64,000 nucleotides of DNA from Deltaproteobacteria bacterium (GTDB taxonomy: Bacteria; Desulfobacterota; Binatia; UTPRO1), in the NCBI GenBank assembly GCA_016200545.1, contig JACQEO010000070.1, positions 12,663-76,662 of the forward strand, read 5' to 3'. This document shows positions 1 through 9,440 of the stretch, in pieces. The translations under genes and the position numbers were made by a program. The first letter of the stretch is position 1. Each line of letters begins with the position of its first letter. Below the pieces are notes generated by a model, which had not been told where the DNA came from, searched no databases, and was given only the letters and a program-made list of their open reading frames with translations.

Positions 1-232
1 CGTCGGCGGCGGGGCTTCCAGGAAGGACGTTCGCGACGACGAGCGGACCACGCTGCGACTCGCCCTCACGGGCGAGCGAGATCCCGATCATACCGACCCG
101 ACTCTCAGCGGCGCTCGCGCGCGCGCGCGCGCAGCAGGGGTGACGGGCGGGATAGCCCTCGTGCACGTAAACGGCGCACGACGGCAGACTCAGGGCGGTG
201 ACGATGACGACGAGGCTCCTCAACTTGGACAT
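1..232 (-). CDS. Lipoprotein with PDZ-like domain, N-terminal part only (runs off the left edge)
   Basis: Absent from the ORF track because it is edge-truncated. Reverse-strand ATG at 232-230 is preceded by GGAGGAG. Translation MSKLRSLVVIVTALSLPSCAV has a lipobox (L-P-S-C). It continues GMIGISLAREGE..PLVVANVLPGSPAAD, a typical PDZ domain opening. Confidence 0.5.
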   Translation of the reverse strand, partial: MSKLRSLVVIVTALSLPSCAVYVHEGYPARHPCCARARASAAESRVGMIGISLAREGESQRGPLVVANVLPGSPAAD

Positions 233-268
233 CGTTCTCCTCCTCGACCGGGGGCGACGTTCCCCGTC

Positions 269-1495
269 TTATACGAAGATCCCCTGCCGTCTGGCGAGTA
301 GGTCCGCGATTCCGGTTGCCAGCGCTTCGCGCAGATGTGCCGTCGTTTCGGCGACAAGCTCCTCTTCGGAGCGGCCGTCGGCAACCGGCGCGGCGATCGG
401 CGGGCAGAACTGGATGTGCCATTTGCTCGGGAGCGGAAGCGCTCCGGCGATGCCACACAGCGGAAAGATCGGTGTCAGCGGGATCCACGGGATACCGACG
501 AGCTGACCGACGCGATAGAGCCGGGCGACGACCGGATAGGCCTCCTCGGCGCCGACGATCGCGACCGGGACGATCGGCGCGCCGGTCCGCACGGAAAGCC
601 GGGCCGTGCCGGTCTTGAAGGGGCGCAAGCGGTAGCGCTCGGTGCAGAGCTTTTCGACGCCGGCAATGCCCTCCGGAAAGAGAGCGATGATCCCACCACG
701 CCGGAGCAAGAGCTCGGCGTTGGCAAGCGACGCCGGAACGCCGCCGAGGCGTCGATACAGCGGCCCGACGAGCGGCAGGGCGTCGACGAAGCGATCGTAG
801 AGGACGCGCAGGCAGCGCGACGGCTGCCGCAGCTCGAGCGCGACCGCCAGCATGAACGCGTCCGCCGGTACCGCGCCGGAATGGTTGGCGGCGATGATCG
901 CCGGCGCGTCGTCGGGTACGTGCTCGAGGCCGGAGACCTCGATGCGCCAGTAGTGATCGAAAAGGAACCGCAGCGGTCGTAGCCAAGCGCGGCGGAGCGC
1001 GAGGTCGAGGTCGAAGGGATCGGGCGACCGTTCCACCGGCGCCGCCTCCACCGATGCCCCGGTCTCGACGACCGGCGGCGACGCCGGGGGTGCTACCGTC
1101 GGCGCGGGCAACTCGATCTCCGAGGTGACGGGGGAGGGCAGCACGGGCGGCGGCACATGGACGGGGCCGCCACGCGGCGCGATCGCGGCGAGCACGACGT
1201 GGATGTCGTGTGCGACCAGATCGTCGAGGTTCGCGAGGAGCGCCCGGGCCTTCGGAGTGTCGACGAAGCGGGCTTCGACGGTGATGCGCTTCCCATGCCG
1301 CGCCCGCATGGTCAGGGCGTCCTGGCGGACCCGACGCAGCGTCGCGCTGTCGAGCGCACCGACGACGATGGCGCTCACCGCGCCGGCGGTCTCGCAGCGC
1401 ACGGTCGCGGCGAGGAGGCCGGTCGGCGGCGGGATCGATTTGCCTTCGAGGACGGGCGAAGGTATCGCGGCCTCTGGCTCGGAGCGCGTGGGCAT
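269..1495 (-). CDS. Lysophospholipid (1-acyl-glycerol-3-phosphate type) acyltransferase family protein with about 160-aa N-terminal extension
   Basis: 408-aa ORF with the HX4D motif (NHSGAVPAD) and FPEG block (ALFPEGIAG) of PlsC-like acyltransferases. No clear SD at the first ATG, so the true start may be internal. Confidence 0.7.
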   Translation of the reverse strand: MPTRSEPEAAIPSPVLEGKSIPPPTGLLAATVRCETAGAVSAIVVGALDSATLRRVRQDALTMRARHGKRITVEARFVDTPKARALLANLDDLVAHDIHVVLAAIAPRGGPVHVPPPVLPSPVTSEIELPAPTVAPPASPPVVETGASVEAAPVERSPDPFDLDLALRRAWLRPLRFLFDHYWRIEVSGLEHVPDDAPAIIAANHSGAVPADAFMLAVALELRQPSRCLRVLYDRFVDALPLVGPLYRRLGGVPASLANAELLLRRGGIIALFPEGIAGVEKLCTERYRLRPFKTGTARLSVRTGAPIVPVAIVGAEEAYPVVARLYRVGQLVGIPWIPLTPIFPLCGIAGALPLPSKWHIQFCPPIAAPVADGRSEEELVAETTAHLREALATGIADLLARRQGIFV

Positions 1496-1659
1496 AGGTA
1501 AACGGGGGAGAATTCGTGGGATCCCAAGTAATGTCTCCCGCGGCCGACCGCGTTGTCAACGTGGGTTTTCGCGTCCCGGCCGGCTTGCGTCGTCGAGCGC
1601 GCGTCGCTATGGCGAACAACAGCGTCGCGCGCGCGGCGGCGTGATTCGTCCATGCGATC

Positions 1660-2769
1660 GTGAGCCCAGCCAGCCGTTCCCGCGTTTTGTTCGCGCTCCC
1701 GAGCCTGCGGGGCGGCGGCGCCGAGCGCGTCATCGTGACGCTGCTCCACCACCTCGATCGTGATCGCTTCGAGCCGCACCTGGTGCTCGTCGAGGGTACG
1801 GGGCCCTACTTCGCGCACCTCCCGCGCGACGTGCCGGTGCACGTCCTCGCAGCGCCCCGTCTGCGTCGCGCCATGCTCGACATGGTCCGCGTCATCCGCC
1901 GCGTACGGCCGACGATCGTCGTCTCGACGCAGGGCTACATGAATCTCGCGCTGCTGGGGCTGCGGCCGTTTTTTCCGCGCGCGCGCCTCATCGTGCGCGA
2001 GGTCATCGGCGAGCGCTACCTCGAGAACAGCCGGTTTCGGGCGCTCTTCTACCGCGTGTATCTCCGCCTCGTGCGACGTGCCGATCGCATCGTCGTGCAA
2101 TCCGACGCGGTCCGCTGCGAGATGGAGGCACGGCTCGCGGTCGCGCCCGGACGCGTGGTGCGCGTCTACAACCCGGTTGATACCGCGCGCATCGACACCG
2201 CCGCGCGTGTCGCACCGCCGCTGCACGACAGTGGGCGTCCGCACGTCGTCGCGGCCGGGCGCCTCGACCATCAGAAGGGCTTCGATCTGTTGCTCGAGGC
2301 GTTCCAGGGCGTGGTGCGCATCCTCGGCCGAGGGACGCTCACGATTCTCGGGGACGGACCCGATCGGGCGACTCTCGAGGCACGTGCCGCGGAGCTCGGG
2401 ATCGCCTCCGCGGTCCGCTTCGCCGGGTTTCAGGAGAACCCGTTCGCATACTTCGCTGCCGCGGATCTCTTCGTCCTCTCCTCGCGCTACGAGGGTTTGC
2501 CGAACGTCGTGCTCGAGGCGCTCGCTTGCGGATGTCCCGCAGTGGCCTTCGATTGCCCCCACGGCGTGCGTGAGATCGTGCGCGACGGGATGAACGGCGT
2601 GCTCGTGCCGCCCGAGGACGTGCCGTCGTTGCGTGCTGCGATGCTGCGGGTGTTGCAGGATTCCGACGAGCGTCTGCGGCTTGCGGCGAACGCGCGCGCC
2701 AGCCTCGAGCCGTTCCTCGTCGCGACGATCGTGCGCCAGTGGGAGGCATTGCTCGATCAGGTGCGTTGA
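1660..2769 (+). CDS. Glycosyltransferase family 4 (GT-B)
   Basis: 369-aa ORF. N-terminus RVLFALPSLRGGGAERV and C-terminal EX7E-type motif SRYEGLPNVVLEALACGCPAVA. Confidence 0.85.
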   Translation: MSPASRSRVLFALPSLRGGGAERVIVTLLHHLDRDRFEPHLVLVEGTGPYFAHLPRDVPVHVLAAPRLRRAMLDMVRVIRRVRPTIVVSTQGYMNLALLGLRPFFPRARLIVREVIGERYLENSRFRALFYRVYLRLVRRADRIVVQSDAVRCEMEARLAVAPGRVVRVYNPVDTARIDTAARVAPPLHDSGRPHVVAAGRLDHQKGFDLLLEAFQGVVRILGRGTLTILGDGPDRATLEARAAELGIASAVRFAGFQENPFAYFAAADLFVLSSRYEGLPNVVLEALACGCPAVAFDCPHGVREIVRDGMNGVLVPPEDVPSLRAAMLRVLQDSDERLRLAANARASLEPFLVATIVRQWEALLDQVR

Positions 2770-2829
2770 GGCGTGCCGCCGCGTGCGAAATGGCGCCGCG
2801 CGTCGCCGCAACGGCGCGCGCGCCGCCGA

Positions 2830-4032
2830 TCAGTCGGGGTGCAAGCGTAACGGCGTCTCGACGCCGACGTCCCAGCCCGTTCGCAGCGCGATGTATTGCG
2901 TGTCCGCGGCGTCGCGGGGCAGGCAGCCGGCACGCGCACGCACCTGCGCTTCCATGCGCTCGACCGGCTCGGTCGTCACCGCGGGTGCCGGGAACGGGTG
3001 TCTAGCGCTGCCGAACTGCGGCGGATGTGCGTACTCGCGATAGGCGTTGCCGGTGGCATAGACGGATGCGCCGTGGGTCGCGCGCAGCGCGCTGTCGGGC
3101 TTGCCGCCGCGGCGTCGCGCGTAGCCCGAGAGGACGAAGAGGGACTCGACGACGTTGCCGGTCGCGCCATCCTCGAAGCGCGCGCCCCATTCCCCCCAGT
3201 CCTCGACGATGACGTTCCGTATGTCGGCGCGCGCCGGTCCCGAAACGATCGGGTTACGGATCCATCCCTTTTGCAGCCAGCTGTGGTGCAGCGAGATGTT
3301 GGTGCCGCCCTCCTTGCAGAAGACGGAGCGCGTATTCCCCGCGAGGAAGAGATATTGCGCCGTCACGTCGTGTGCGCCATAGCCGATCGAGAGGCCGTCG
3401 TCGTGCGAGCCCGTCGACGAGATGTGGCTGAAGACGATGTCGTGGGCGTCCGGGCTCTGGGCACGAAGATTGTCGTAGCCGTTCCGCAGGCGCAGATCGC
3501 GGACGATCACGTCGTGCGCACGGACGTCGAGGAGCGCGACCTCGTTGCGGAGATCGCTGCCGTCGAGCGTGGCGCCGCGGCCGTCGACCGTGACGTGCGG
3601 TGCGGTGAGATACGGCAGCGGCCGCGTGATCATGATCGGCTCGTGGACGTCGAAACGGAGAATGGCGTTGCCGGTCCCGTTGACGTCGAGGAGCGCGGCG
3701 CGCAGGCTCTCGACCGTCGGCTCCGTGACCCAGACCTCGCGGCCGCCGGCGCCGCCGGTCGTGCCGCTACCGAAGCCCTCGAGGGGTTCGTCCTGCGCGC
3801 CCGCCGCCGGCGCCGTGGACTTGGTGCGGGCGCCGCGCCGCGCGGCGGACGTCGGCGACGACGCCGGCGTGGCCTGGGGCGCGGGCGAGCGCCGCGCGCG
3901 TGCAGGCGCCTTCCGCCGAGCGGACGGAGCGCCGGCCGTCGAGCCGTTCTCGCCGCGTGCCGCGAGCGTGCAGGCCGCGGCGCCGACTACCATGAGCGTC
4001 GCCGCGAGCAGGGCGCTCCGCACCCCGAGCAT
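2830..4032 (-). CDS. Secreted right-handed beta-helix protein, pectate-lyase-like polysaccharide lyase
   Basis: ORF 2830..4203. An internal Met at 4032 gives a signal/anchor peptide MLGVRSALLAATLMVVGAAAC. Next comes an Ala/Pro/Arg-rich linker, then a beta-helix region (VTVDGRGATLDGS..VIVRDLRLRNG..HDDGLSIGYGAHDVT..ISLHHSWL..IRNP). Confidence 0.65.
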   Translation of the reverse strand: MLGVRSALLAATLMVVGAAACTLAARGENGSTAGAPSARRKAPARARRSPAPQATPASSPTSAARRGARTKSTAPAAGAQDEPLEGFGSGTTGGAGGREVWVTEPTVESLRAALLDVNGTGNAILRFDVHEPIMITRPLPYLTAPHVTVDGRGATLDGSDLRNEVALLDVRAHDVIVRDLRLRNGYDNLRAQSPDAHDIVFSHISSTGSHDDGLSIGYGAHDVTAQYLFLAGNTRSVFCKEGGTNISLHHSWLQKGWIRNPIVSGPARADIRNVIVEDWGEWGARFEDGATGNVVESLFVLSGYARRRGGKPDSALRATHGASVYATGNAYREYAHPPQFGSARHPFPAPAVTTEPVERMEAQVRARAGCLPRDAADTQYIALRTGWDVGVETPLRLHPD

Positions 4033-4329
4033 CGCGCGTCGCGACCGCGGCGCACGATGTCGCCCGGGTACCTCGCGGCGCGTCCCGACCGTCGGCTCAC
4101 GAGCGAGCGCAACGTAGGAGGATCCACGTGGAAACATCGGCCGGGAAACGCTACCACGGCGATTCGTCGTTGTCGCCGGCGGTGGCGTGTGCGGTGCGCG
4201 CAAAGAACGCTACTTGGCGCGGTGTGTGTTCCATCGTATATCAGAATGCGCGTATCCGCGGAGCTCGCCGCATCACCTCCACCTCGACGAGCCGACACGT
4301 TTTCGCAGAACGGGAAGCCCACGCAAGCC

Positions 4330-5295
4330 ATGGTGACGAAGGTCGATCGCCGTCGTACAACCAGCATCCTGGTGTGCCCGAGCTGTGGAGGCGATGTCGA
4401 ATCCGCCTCCGGTGGGCTCGAGTGCGTCGCCTGTCGCTCGCTGTACGCCGACGACGGTGTGCTCCGCTTCGTGAATCGCGAGGCGTACGCCGAGTCGTTC
4501 GGGCTGCAGTGGAAGACGTTCTCGCGCGTGCAGCTCGATTCCGGCCGGCTCGCCGATTCCGAGCGGCGATTTCGCTCGGAGACCGCGCTGCAGCCGAGCG
4601 ACGTCCGCGGCAAGGTGGTGCTCGAGGCTGGCTGCGGCATGGGCCGGTTTCTCGACATCGTGTCGCGCGACGGTGCCGCGCTCGCGGTCGGGATCGACCT
4701 CTCGAGCGCGGTGGACGCCGCCGCGGAGAATCTCGGTCGTCGTGACAACGTCCTCATTGGGCAGGCGGACATCTTCAAGCTCCCCTTCAAGCCGGGATCG
4801 TTCGACGTCGTCTACTCGATCGGTGTGTTGCATCACACGCCGTCGGCTGAGCGCGCCTTCAAGGCGTTGGTGCCGCTCGTCGCGCCGGGTGGCACGATCG
4901 CGATCAGCGTCTACGCCGCCACCGTCAAGCCCGGAGTGGGCTGGGCGTTGAACATCTTTCGCCGGCAGGCGTTTCGCGTGGTCACGCGACGTCTGCCACG
5001 GCGACTCCTCTTGTGGTGGTCGCAGTACGCAGTCCCGCTCTTCTGGGCGATCGACAAGATTCCCGTGGTCCGCTACGTGCGCTATCTGTTCCCGGTTCTG
5101 ATCTACAAGGACTATCCGCTCGATTGGTCCGTCCTCGACACCTTCGACACCTACGCCACGCAGCTCGAGTCGCGGCATCGACCGAAAGAAGTGTTCCGCT
5201 GGTTCCGCGAGATGCGGCTCGCCGACATCGACCTGCTCGACAGCGACGACGGATGGGTGAGCGTGCGCGGTCGTGTACCGCTGCGGCTCGCCTGA
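4330..5295 (+). CDS. Class I SAM-dependent methyltransferase with N-terminal Trm112-like zinc ribbon
   Basis: Only the 3' third of the 799-aa ORF 2896..5295 is credible. In-frame ATG at 4330 (MVTKVDRR). CPSCGG..CVAC zinc ribbon. SAM motif I VLEAGCGMGRF. Confidence 0.8.
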   Translation: MVTKVDRRRTTSILVCPSCGGDVESASGGLECVACRSLYADDGVLRFVNREAYAESFGLQWKTFSRVQLDSGRLADSERRFRSETALQPSDVRGKVVLEAGCGMGRFLDIVSRDGAALAVGIDLSSAVDAAAENLGRRDNVLIGQADIFKLPFKPGSFDVVYSIGVLHHTPSAERAFKALVPLVAPGGTIAISVYAATVKPGVGWALNIFRRQAFRVVTRRLPRRLLLWWSQYAVPLFWAIDKIPVVRYVRYLFPVLIYKDYPLDWSVLDTFDTYATQLESRHRPKEVFRWFREMRLADIDLLDSDDGWVSVRGRVPLRLA

Positions 5296-5310
5296 GGGCG
5301 CGCTCGCGCC

Positions 5311-7188
5311 ATGTGCGGCATCGCGGGGATCTTCAACTTCGATCCATATCGGCCCATCGACGTCCCGCTGCTGCGGGCGATGAACGCCGCAATCACGCAT
5401 CGCGGCCCCGATGAGGACGGCTTCTACGTCAACGGTCCCGTCGGCCTCGCGAATCGACGCCTCAGCATCATCGGGCTCGCCGACGGACGCCAGCCGATCG
5501 CCAACGAGGACGAGACCGTGTGGACCGTCTTCAACGGCGAGATCTACAACTATCCGGATCTTCGCCGCGAGCTCACCGACCGCGGCCACCGATTCCGCAC
5601 CAGCACCGACACCGAGGTGCTGGTCCATCTCTACGAAGAGGAAGGCGAGGACTTCGTCCACCGTCTGAACGGGATGTTCGCGATCGCCCTCTGGGACGTT
5701 CGCCGCCGGCGCCTGTTGCTCTACCGTGACCGTCTGGGAGAGAAGCCGCTCTACTACGTGCAGGCCGGCGGACGGCTGCTCTTCGCCTCCGAGATCAAGG
5801 CGATCTTGCGCGATCCCTCCGTCGAACGCGCCGTCGATCTCGAGGCGCTCTACGACTACCTGAGCTTTCAGTACAATCCGCGACGCGAGACCATCTTTCG
5901 CGGGATCGCGCGCTTGAAGCCGGGCACGATGCTTGCCGTGACGGCGGACGGCATCGCCGAGCGCACGTATTGGGAGATCCCCGCCGCGGTGGACGCGCCG
6001 CGCTTGGAGGACGAGTACCTCGAGGCGCTCGGCGACCTCCTGCGCGACTCGGTCCGGCGACGCCTGCTGAGCGAGGTACCGCTCGGCGCCTTCCTCAGCG
6101 GCGGCATCGATTCGAGCGTCGTCGTCGGGCTCATGACCGAAGCCCTCGCCCGTCCGGTGCAGACGTTCTCGGTCGGCTTCAAGGTGGCGGGCGGCTACGA
6201 CGAGAGCGAACACGCGGCGCGTGTCGCACGCCATTTCAGCGCCGATCATCACACGTTGGTCGTCGAGTCGATGGACGTCGAACGGCTCCTGCCGCGCACG
6301 GTGTACTCACTCGACGAGCCGATCGCGGACTTCGCGGCGATTCCGACCTTCCTGGTGTCCGAGTTCGCGCGCCAGCACGTGAAGGTCGTGCTGACGGGCG
6401 AGGGCGCCGACGAGCTCTTCGCCGGCTACGATCACTATCGCCTGCCGGCGATACTCGGGCGCTACCAGCGCTTGCCGGGTGGAGTGCGCCGGATGTTGTC
6501 GGCGCTCGGCGCCGCCGCGCCGCCACGCGTCGCCAAGGCGCTCGCCGCCGGCGCGCTCGACCCGCTCGCAGGGTTCCGGCTCGTCAAATCGGTCTTTCGA
6601 CCCGACGACCTCGACCGCCTCCTTTCCGGCGACGTCCTCGGGCGACTGAACGGCGTGGCCATCCAGCCCGACTTCGCGCGCGTCTTCGCACGTGCTCGTG
6701 ACCTCGATCCGCTGAATCGCTATCTACTCGCCGACCTCGCCACCTGGTTGCCCGAAGACCTCCTCATGAAGGTCGACAAGATGAGCATGAGTGTCAGTCT
6801 CGAGGCGCGCGTGCCCTTTCTCGATCATCGCGTGGTCGAGCTGGCGGCGGGGATGCCGTCGACGCTCAAGTGGCGGCACGGAGGCAAGTACATCTTGAAG
6901 CGCCTCGCCACCGGTCTCGTCCCGCAGGAGATCATCGACCGGCCGAAGCACGGTTTTCGTCTACCGCTCGACCGCTGGTTTCGCGCCGAGTTGCGACCGA
7001 TGGCCGAAGACCTGTTGCTCGGACGCCACGCACGCGAACGAGGCTTCTTCGACCCGGCGGCTGTCGCCGGGCTGTGGGCACGCTACCTCGCCGGGCGCGA
7101 CGACTGCTTCATGCAGATCTGGACGCTCGTCAATTTCGAGATCTGGTGCCGCGGCTTCCTCGACGGCTGCAACGCCGAGGCGGCGTGA
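5311..7188 (+). CDS. asnB: Asparagine synthetase (glutamine-hydrolysing) family amidotransferase, copy 1
   Basis: 625 aa. N-terminal MCGIAG (Ntn Cys). Also SGGIDSS PP-loop and LPEDLLMKVDKMSMSVSLEARVPFLD. Confidence 0.9.
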   Translation: MCGIAGIFNFDPYRPIDVPLLRAMNAAITHRGPDEDGFYVNGPVGLANRRLSIIGLADGRQPIANEDETVWTVFNGEIYNYPDLRRELTDRGHRFRTSTDTEVLVHLYEEEGEDFVHRLNGMFAIALWDVRRRRLLLYRDRLGEKPLYYVQAGGRLLFASEIKAILRDPSVERAVDLEALYDYLSFQYNPRRETIFRGIARLKPGTMLAVTADGIAERTYWEIPAAVDAPRLEDEYLEALGDLLRDSVRRRLLSEVPLGAFLSGGIDSSVVVGLMTEALARPVQTFSVGFKVAGGYDESEHAARVARHFSADHHTLVVESMDVERLLPRTVYSLDEPIADFAAIPTFLVSEFARQHVKVVLTGEGADELFAGYDHYRLPAILGRYQRLPGGVRRMLSALGAAAPPRVAKALAAGALDPLAGFRLVKSVFRPDDLDRLLSGDVLGRLNGVAIQPDFARVFARARDLDPLNRYLLADLATWLPEDLLMKVDKMSMSVSLEARVPFLDHRVVELAAGMPSTLKWRHGGKYILKRLATGLVPQEIIDRPKHGFRLPLDRWFRAELRPMAEDLLLGRHARERGFFDPAAVAGLWARYLAGRDDCFMQIWTLVNFEIWCRGFLDGCNAEAA

Positions 7189-8480
7189 GCGGCGTCGCCG
7201 GTACCGTTCCCGGCGTCCGCCTCGCGTACGTCACCGCCGGGTTTCCGGACCTCACGCAATCCTTCGTGCGGCGCGAAGTCGAAACGCTGCGCGCGCTCGG
7301 GGTGCCGCTCACGGTCTTCTCGGTGCGCCCTGCGCCGCGTCGATTTCCCGACCCGACCCTGGCACGTTACGTCGAGGAGACGATCTACGGCGGGCGGCGT
7401 TTGTCCTTCGCCTTGCTGGCGGCGCACGGGTATTTCCTGGGGCGCGCGCCGCGGCGCTACCTCGCCGCGCTCGCGCGCGTGCTGGCGCTGGCCTTCCGGC
7501 AGCGCCGCTGCGGCACGCTTCCCCTTCGGACCTGCGTCGTGTTTCCGATGAGCGTCTACTTCGCGCGCGTGATGCAGCAGCGCGGGGTGACGCATGTGCA
7601 CGCGCATTTCGCGAATCATCCGACGACCGCGGCGCGGATCGCCGCGAGCTTGCTTGGCGTGCCGTTCACGTTCACCGGCCACGCGTGGGACATCTTCGTG
7701 CCCGCGAATCAGATCGGACTCGCGGAGAAGATTGCGGACGCTGCGGCGGTCGTCACCTGCACGGAGTTCAATCGCAGGTTGCTCTGTGACTTCGTGCCGC
7801 GTGCGCAGCACGCGAAGATCGCGCTTTGCTATCACGGCATCAGCGTCCCCGCGGTGACGCCTGTGGAGCGCGCGGACGATCTGATCGTCGCGGTTGGGCG
7901 GCTGACGCCGAAGAAGGGCTTTCGGCATCTCGTCGCCGCCTGTGCGCAGCTGGCGCGCGACGGCACCGGCTTCCGGTGCGTGATCATCGGCGAAGGTGAT
8001 GAGCGATCGGCGCTCGAGGAAGCGATCGCTCACGCCGGTCTCCGCGCGCGGATCACGCTCGTCGGTGCGCGGTCGCATCGTGAGGTGATGGAGTGGATCG
8101 CGCGCGCGGCGGTGTTCGCGCTACCGAGCATGGTGGCCAAGGATGGGTCGATGGACGGCATTCCGAACGTCATTCTGGAGGCGTTCGCGGTCGGCACGCC
8201 GGTCGTCTCGACCCGCCTCTCCGGGATTCCCGAGGTCGTGCGTGACGGAGAGACGGGCGTCCTCGTGCCGGCGGACGACCCGGTCGCGCTCGCGGCGGCG
8301 TTACGCGACGTGCTCGCGCACCCGGAGGTGCATCGCGCGCGTGCGCGCCGCGGGTACGAGCTCGTCGCCGCGGCGTTCGATCTCGACCGTAACGTGCGGA
8401 GCTTCCTCGCGTGGATCACCGCGTCACATGGCGATGCGCGCGCCGCGCCGACGGACCGGGTGCAACGCGCCGTTTCTTGA
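7185..8480 (+). CDS. Glycosyltransferase family 4
   Basis: GTG at 7185 overlaps the asnB stop (GTGA). RLAYVTAGFPDLTQSFVRREV start. C-terminal GIPNVILEAFAVGTPVVSTRLSGIPEVV. The 5' part of track ORF 6870..8480 overlaps asnB and is rejected. Confidence 0.8.
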   Translation: MSGVAGTVPGVRLAYVTAGFPDLTQSFVRREVETLRALGVPLTVFSVRPAPRRFPDPTLARYVEETIYGGRRLSFALLAAHGYFLGRAPRRYLAALARVLALAFRQRRCGTLPLRTCVVFPMSVYFARVMQQRGVTHVHAHFANHPTTAARIAASLLGVPFTFTGHAWDIFVPANQIGLAEKIADAAAVVTCTEFNRRLLCDFVPRAQHAKIALCYHGISVPAVTPVERADDLIVAVGRLTPKKGFRHLVAACAQLARDGTGFRCVIIGEGDERSALEEAIAHAGLRARITLVGARSHREVMEWIARAAVFALPSMVAKDGSMDGIPNVILEAFAVGTPVVSTRLSGIPEVVRDGETGVLVPADDPVALAAALRDVLAHPEVHRARARRGYELVAAAFDLDRNVRSFLAWITASHGDARAAPTDRVQRAVS

Positions 8481-8514
8481 CACCCCCCAGCCATCCGATG
8501 GTACTGAGGTGAGC

Positions 8515-8817
8515 ATGCTCGAGCAGATGCGACGCCATACCGAGGACATCATCCGCTACTACGGCGAGATCAGCCGACGCATCGCCGGTAGCGGTGTGGA
8601 AGGCATTCCGCACGTGCTCGAGCTCGCGAAACAGATCGAGACGGCAATGACGGACGTCGGCGCCGAAGAGCTCGCGTGGATCGGGGCCGAGATCAAGCAG
8701 CTCCTCGACCAGCTCGTTCGTATGGACGCCCAGCTGCAGCAACTGCGCGAGCTGAAGGTTATTCTCGCGCAGCAGCCGGAATCCGAGCAAAGTCGCCGCC
8801 GCTCGTCGTCGCTCTGA
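8515..8817 (+). CDS. Small helical protein P1 (about 100 aa), unknown function, paralog of P2
   Basis: In-frame ATG at 8515 with GAGGTGAG upstream. Predicted all-helical. Collinear similarity to the ORF at 9078..9353. Confidence 0.55.
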   Translation: MLEQMRRHTEDIIRYYGEISRRIAGSGVEGIPHVLELAKQIETAMTDVGAEELAWIGAEIKQLLDQLVRMDAQLQQLRELKVILAQQPESEQSRRRSSSL

Positions 8818-8916
8818 TCGCGAAGGGCGATCGACCCTGAAGCCCGCCTCTGCGCGCCGCCTCGGTGCCGACGATGACGGGCCGATTGCACCGCAGCGTC
8901 ACGATGGGCGGTGCTG

Positions 8917-8936
8917 GTCGTGCAGATTTGCATGAC
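8917..8936. promoter_or_regulatory. Inverted repeat GTCGTGCA-GATT-TGCATGAC, candidate enhancer (UAS) for the sigma-54 promoter at 9005
   Basis: 7/8 complementary arms with a 4-nt spacer, centred about 80 nt upstream of the -24 element. Function is inferred from position only. Confidence 0.3.
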
Positions 8937-9004
8937 GGAGTCGGCGGCGTTCTAGCGCTACTCACTGAAAAGACAGGTTTTTTCGGCTACGTATGGCCGT
9001 CGAG

Positions 9005-9020
9005 TGGCACCGGAATTGCT
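9005..9020 (+). promoter_or_regulatory. Sigma-54 (RpoN) promoter, -24/-12 elements
   Basis: TGGCAC-CGGAA-TTGCT is an exact match to TGGCAY-N5-TTGCW. It is intergenic, about 58 nt upstream of the P2 start (9078), which has GAAGGAG at 9062-9068. A sigma-54 activator is encoded 1.3 kb downstream. Confidence 0.7.
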
Positions 9021-9077
9021 CTCTTGAGGATCATCCTACTCGAACCATCAGCCAGCAGCGCGAAGGAGACCCCCGCC

Positions 9078-9353
9078 GTGACCCAGGAGATCCGCGAACT
9101 CATCGACCGCATCCTTGCCTCGTACGACGAGATGGACCGCCGATTCACGGCGGCCGGCGGACTTGGCAGTCTCCTCAGCCTGTACGAGCAGGTCCGCCGC
9201 GAGCTCGAGCGTGTCTCGTTTCAGGAGCTCGATCGCATGACGGGGGAGATCAAGAACGTTATCGAGGCCCTGCTCACGATCGACTACGAGCTGCGGAAGG
9301 TCCAGAATCTCAAACTCGTCTTCGATTCCCGCGGGGGCATGGGCGGTCAGTAG
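9078..9353 (+). CDS. Small helical protein P2 (about 91 aa), paralog of P1
   Basis: GTG at 9078, 9 nt after AGGAG. Collinear with P1 (shared Y-x-E-x-x-RR, G-x-x-G, EL, EIK, LK positions). Confidence 0.55.
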   Translation: MTQEIRELIDRILASYDEMDRRFTAAGGLGSLLSLYEQVRRELERVSFQELDRMTGEIKNVIEALLTIDYELRKVQNLKLVFDSRGGMGGQ

Positions 9354-9440
9354 CGCGCCGGCGCGCGATAGCGTGCAGCGGCGGGGACGTGCAGTGCTGC
9401 AGGGTTATGACGTCGGTGTTGGCCCGGTCGAGTCCGAGAA

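Noticed and set aside
116-132. (CG)8 alternating tract, a possible Z-DNA or slippage site inside the PDZ-lipoprotein ORF
   Set aside because: It encodes an in-frame Ala-Arg run. Short CG runs are common at this GC content, and there is no evidence of phase variation from a single sequence.
105-1733. Very long ORFs in the track such as 105..1733(-), 1375..2811(-), 4273..6252(-), 10394..11971(-), 38518..39921(-), 41348..43177(-), 51186..53399(-), 61648..63216(-) and many 60-250-aa ones
   Set aside because: They are Arg/Ala/Pro/Gly-rich, low-complexity translations lying antisense or out of frame to ORFs with clear catalytic motifs. This is typical stop-codon-poor artefact of high-GC DNA. None shows a recognisable domain.
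4214-4242. Sigma-70-like TTGGCG-17 nt-TATATC upstream of the methyltransferase operon
   Set aside because: The -10 lacks the conserved final T, promoter consensus for this organism is unknown, and there is no supporting evidence.
2896-4329. First 478 codons of the 799-aa ORF 2896..5295(+)
   Set aside because: This part is antisense to the pectate-lyase-like gene and has Arg/Ala-rich composition. The methyltransferase homology begins only at the in-frame ATG at 4330.
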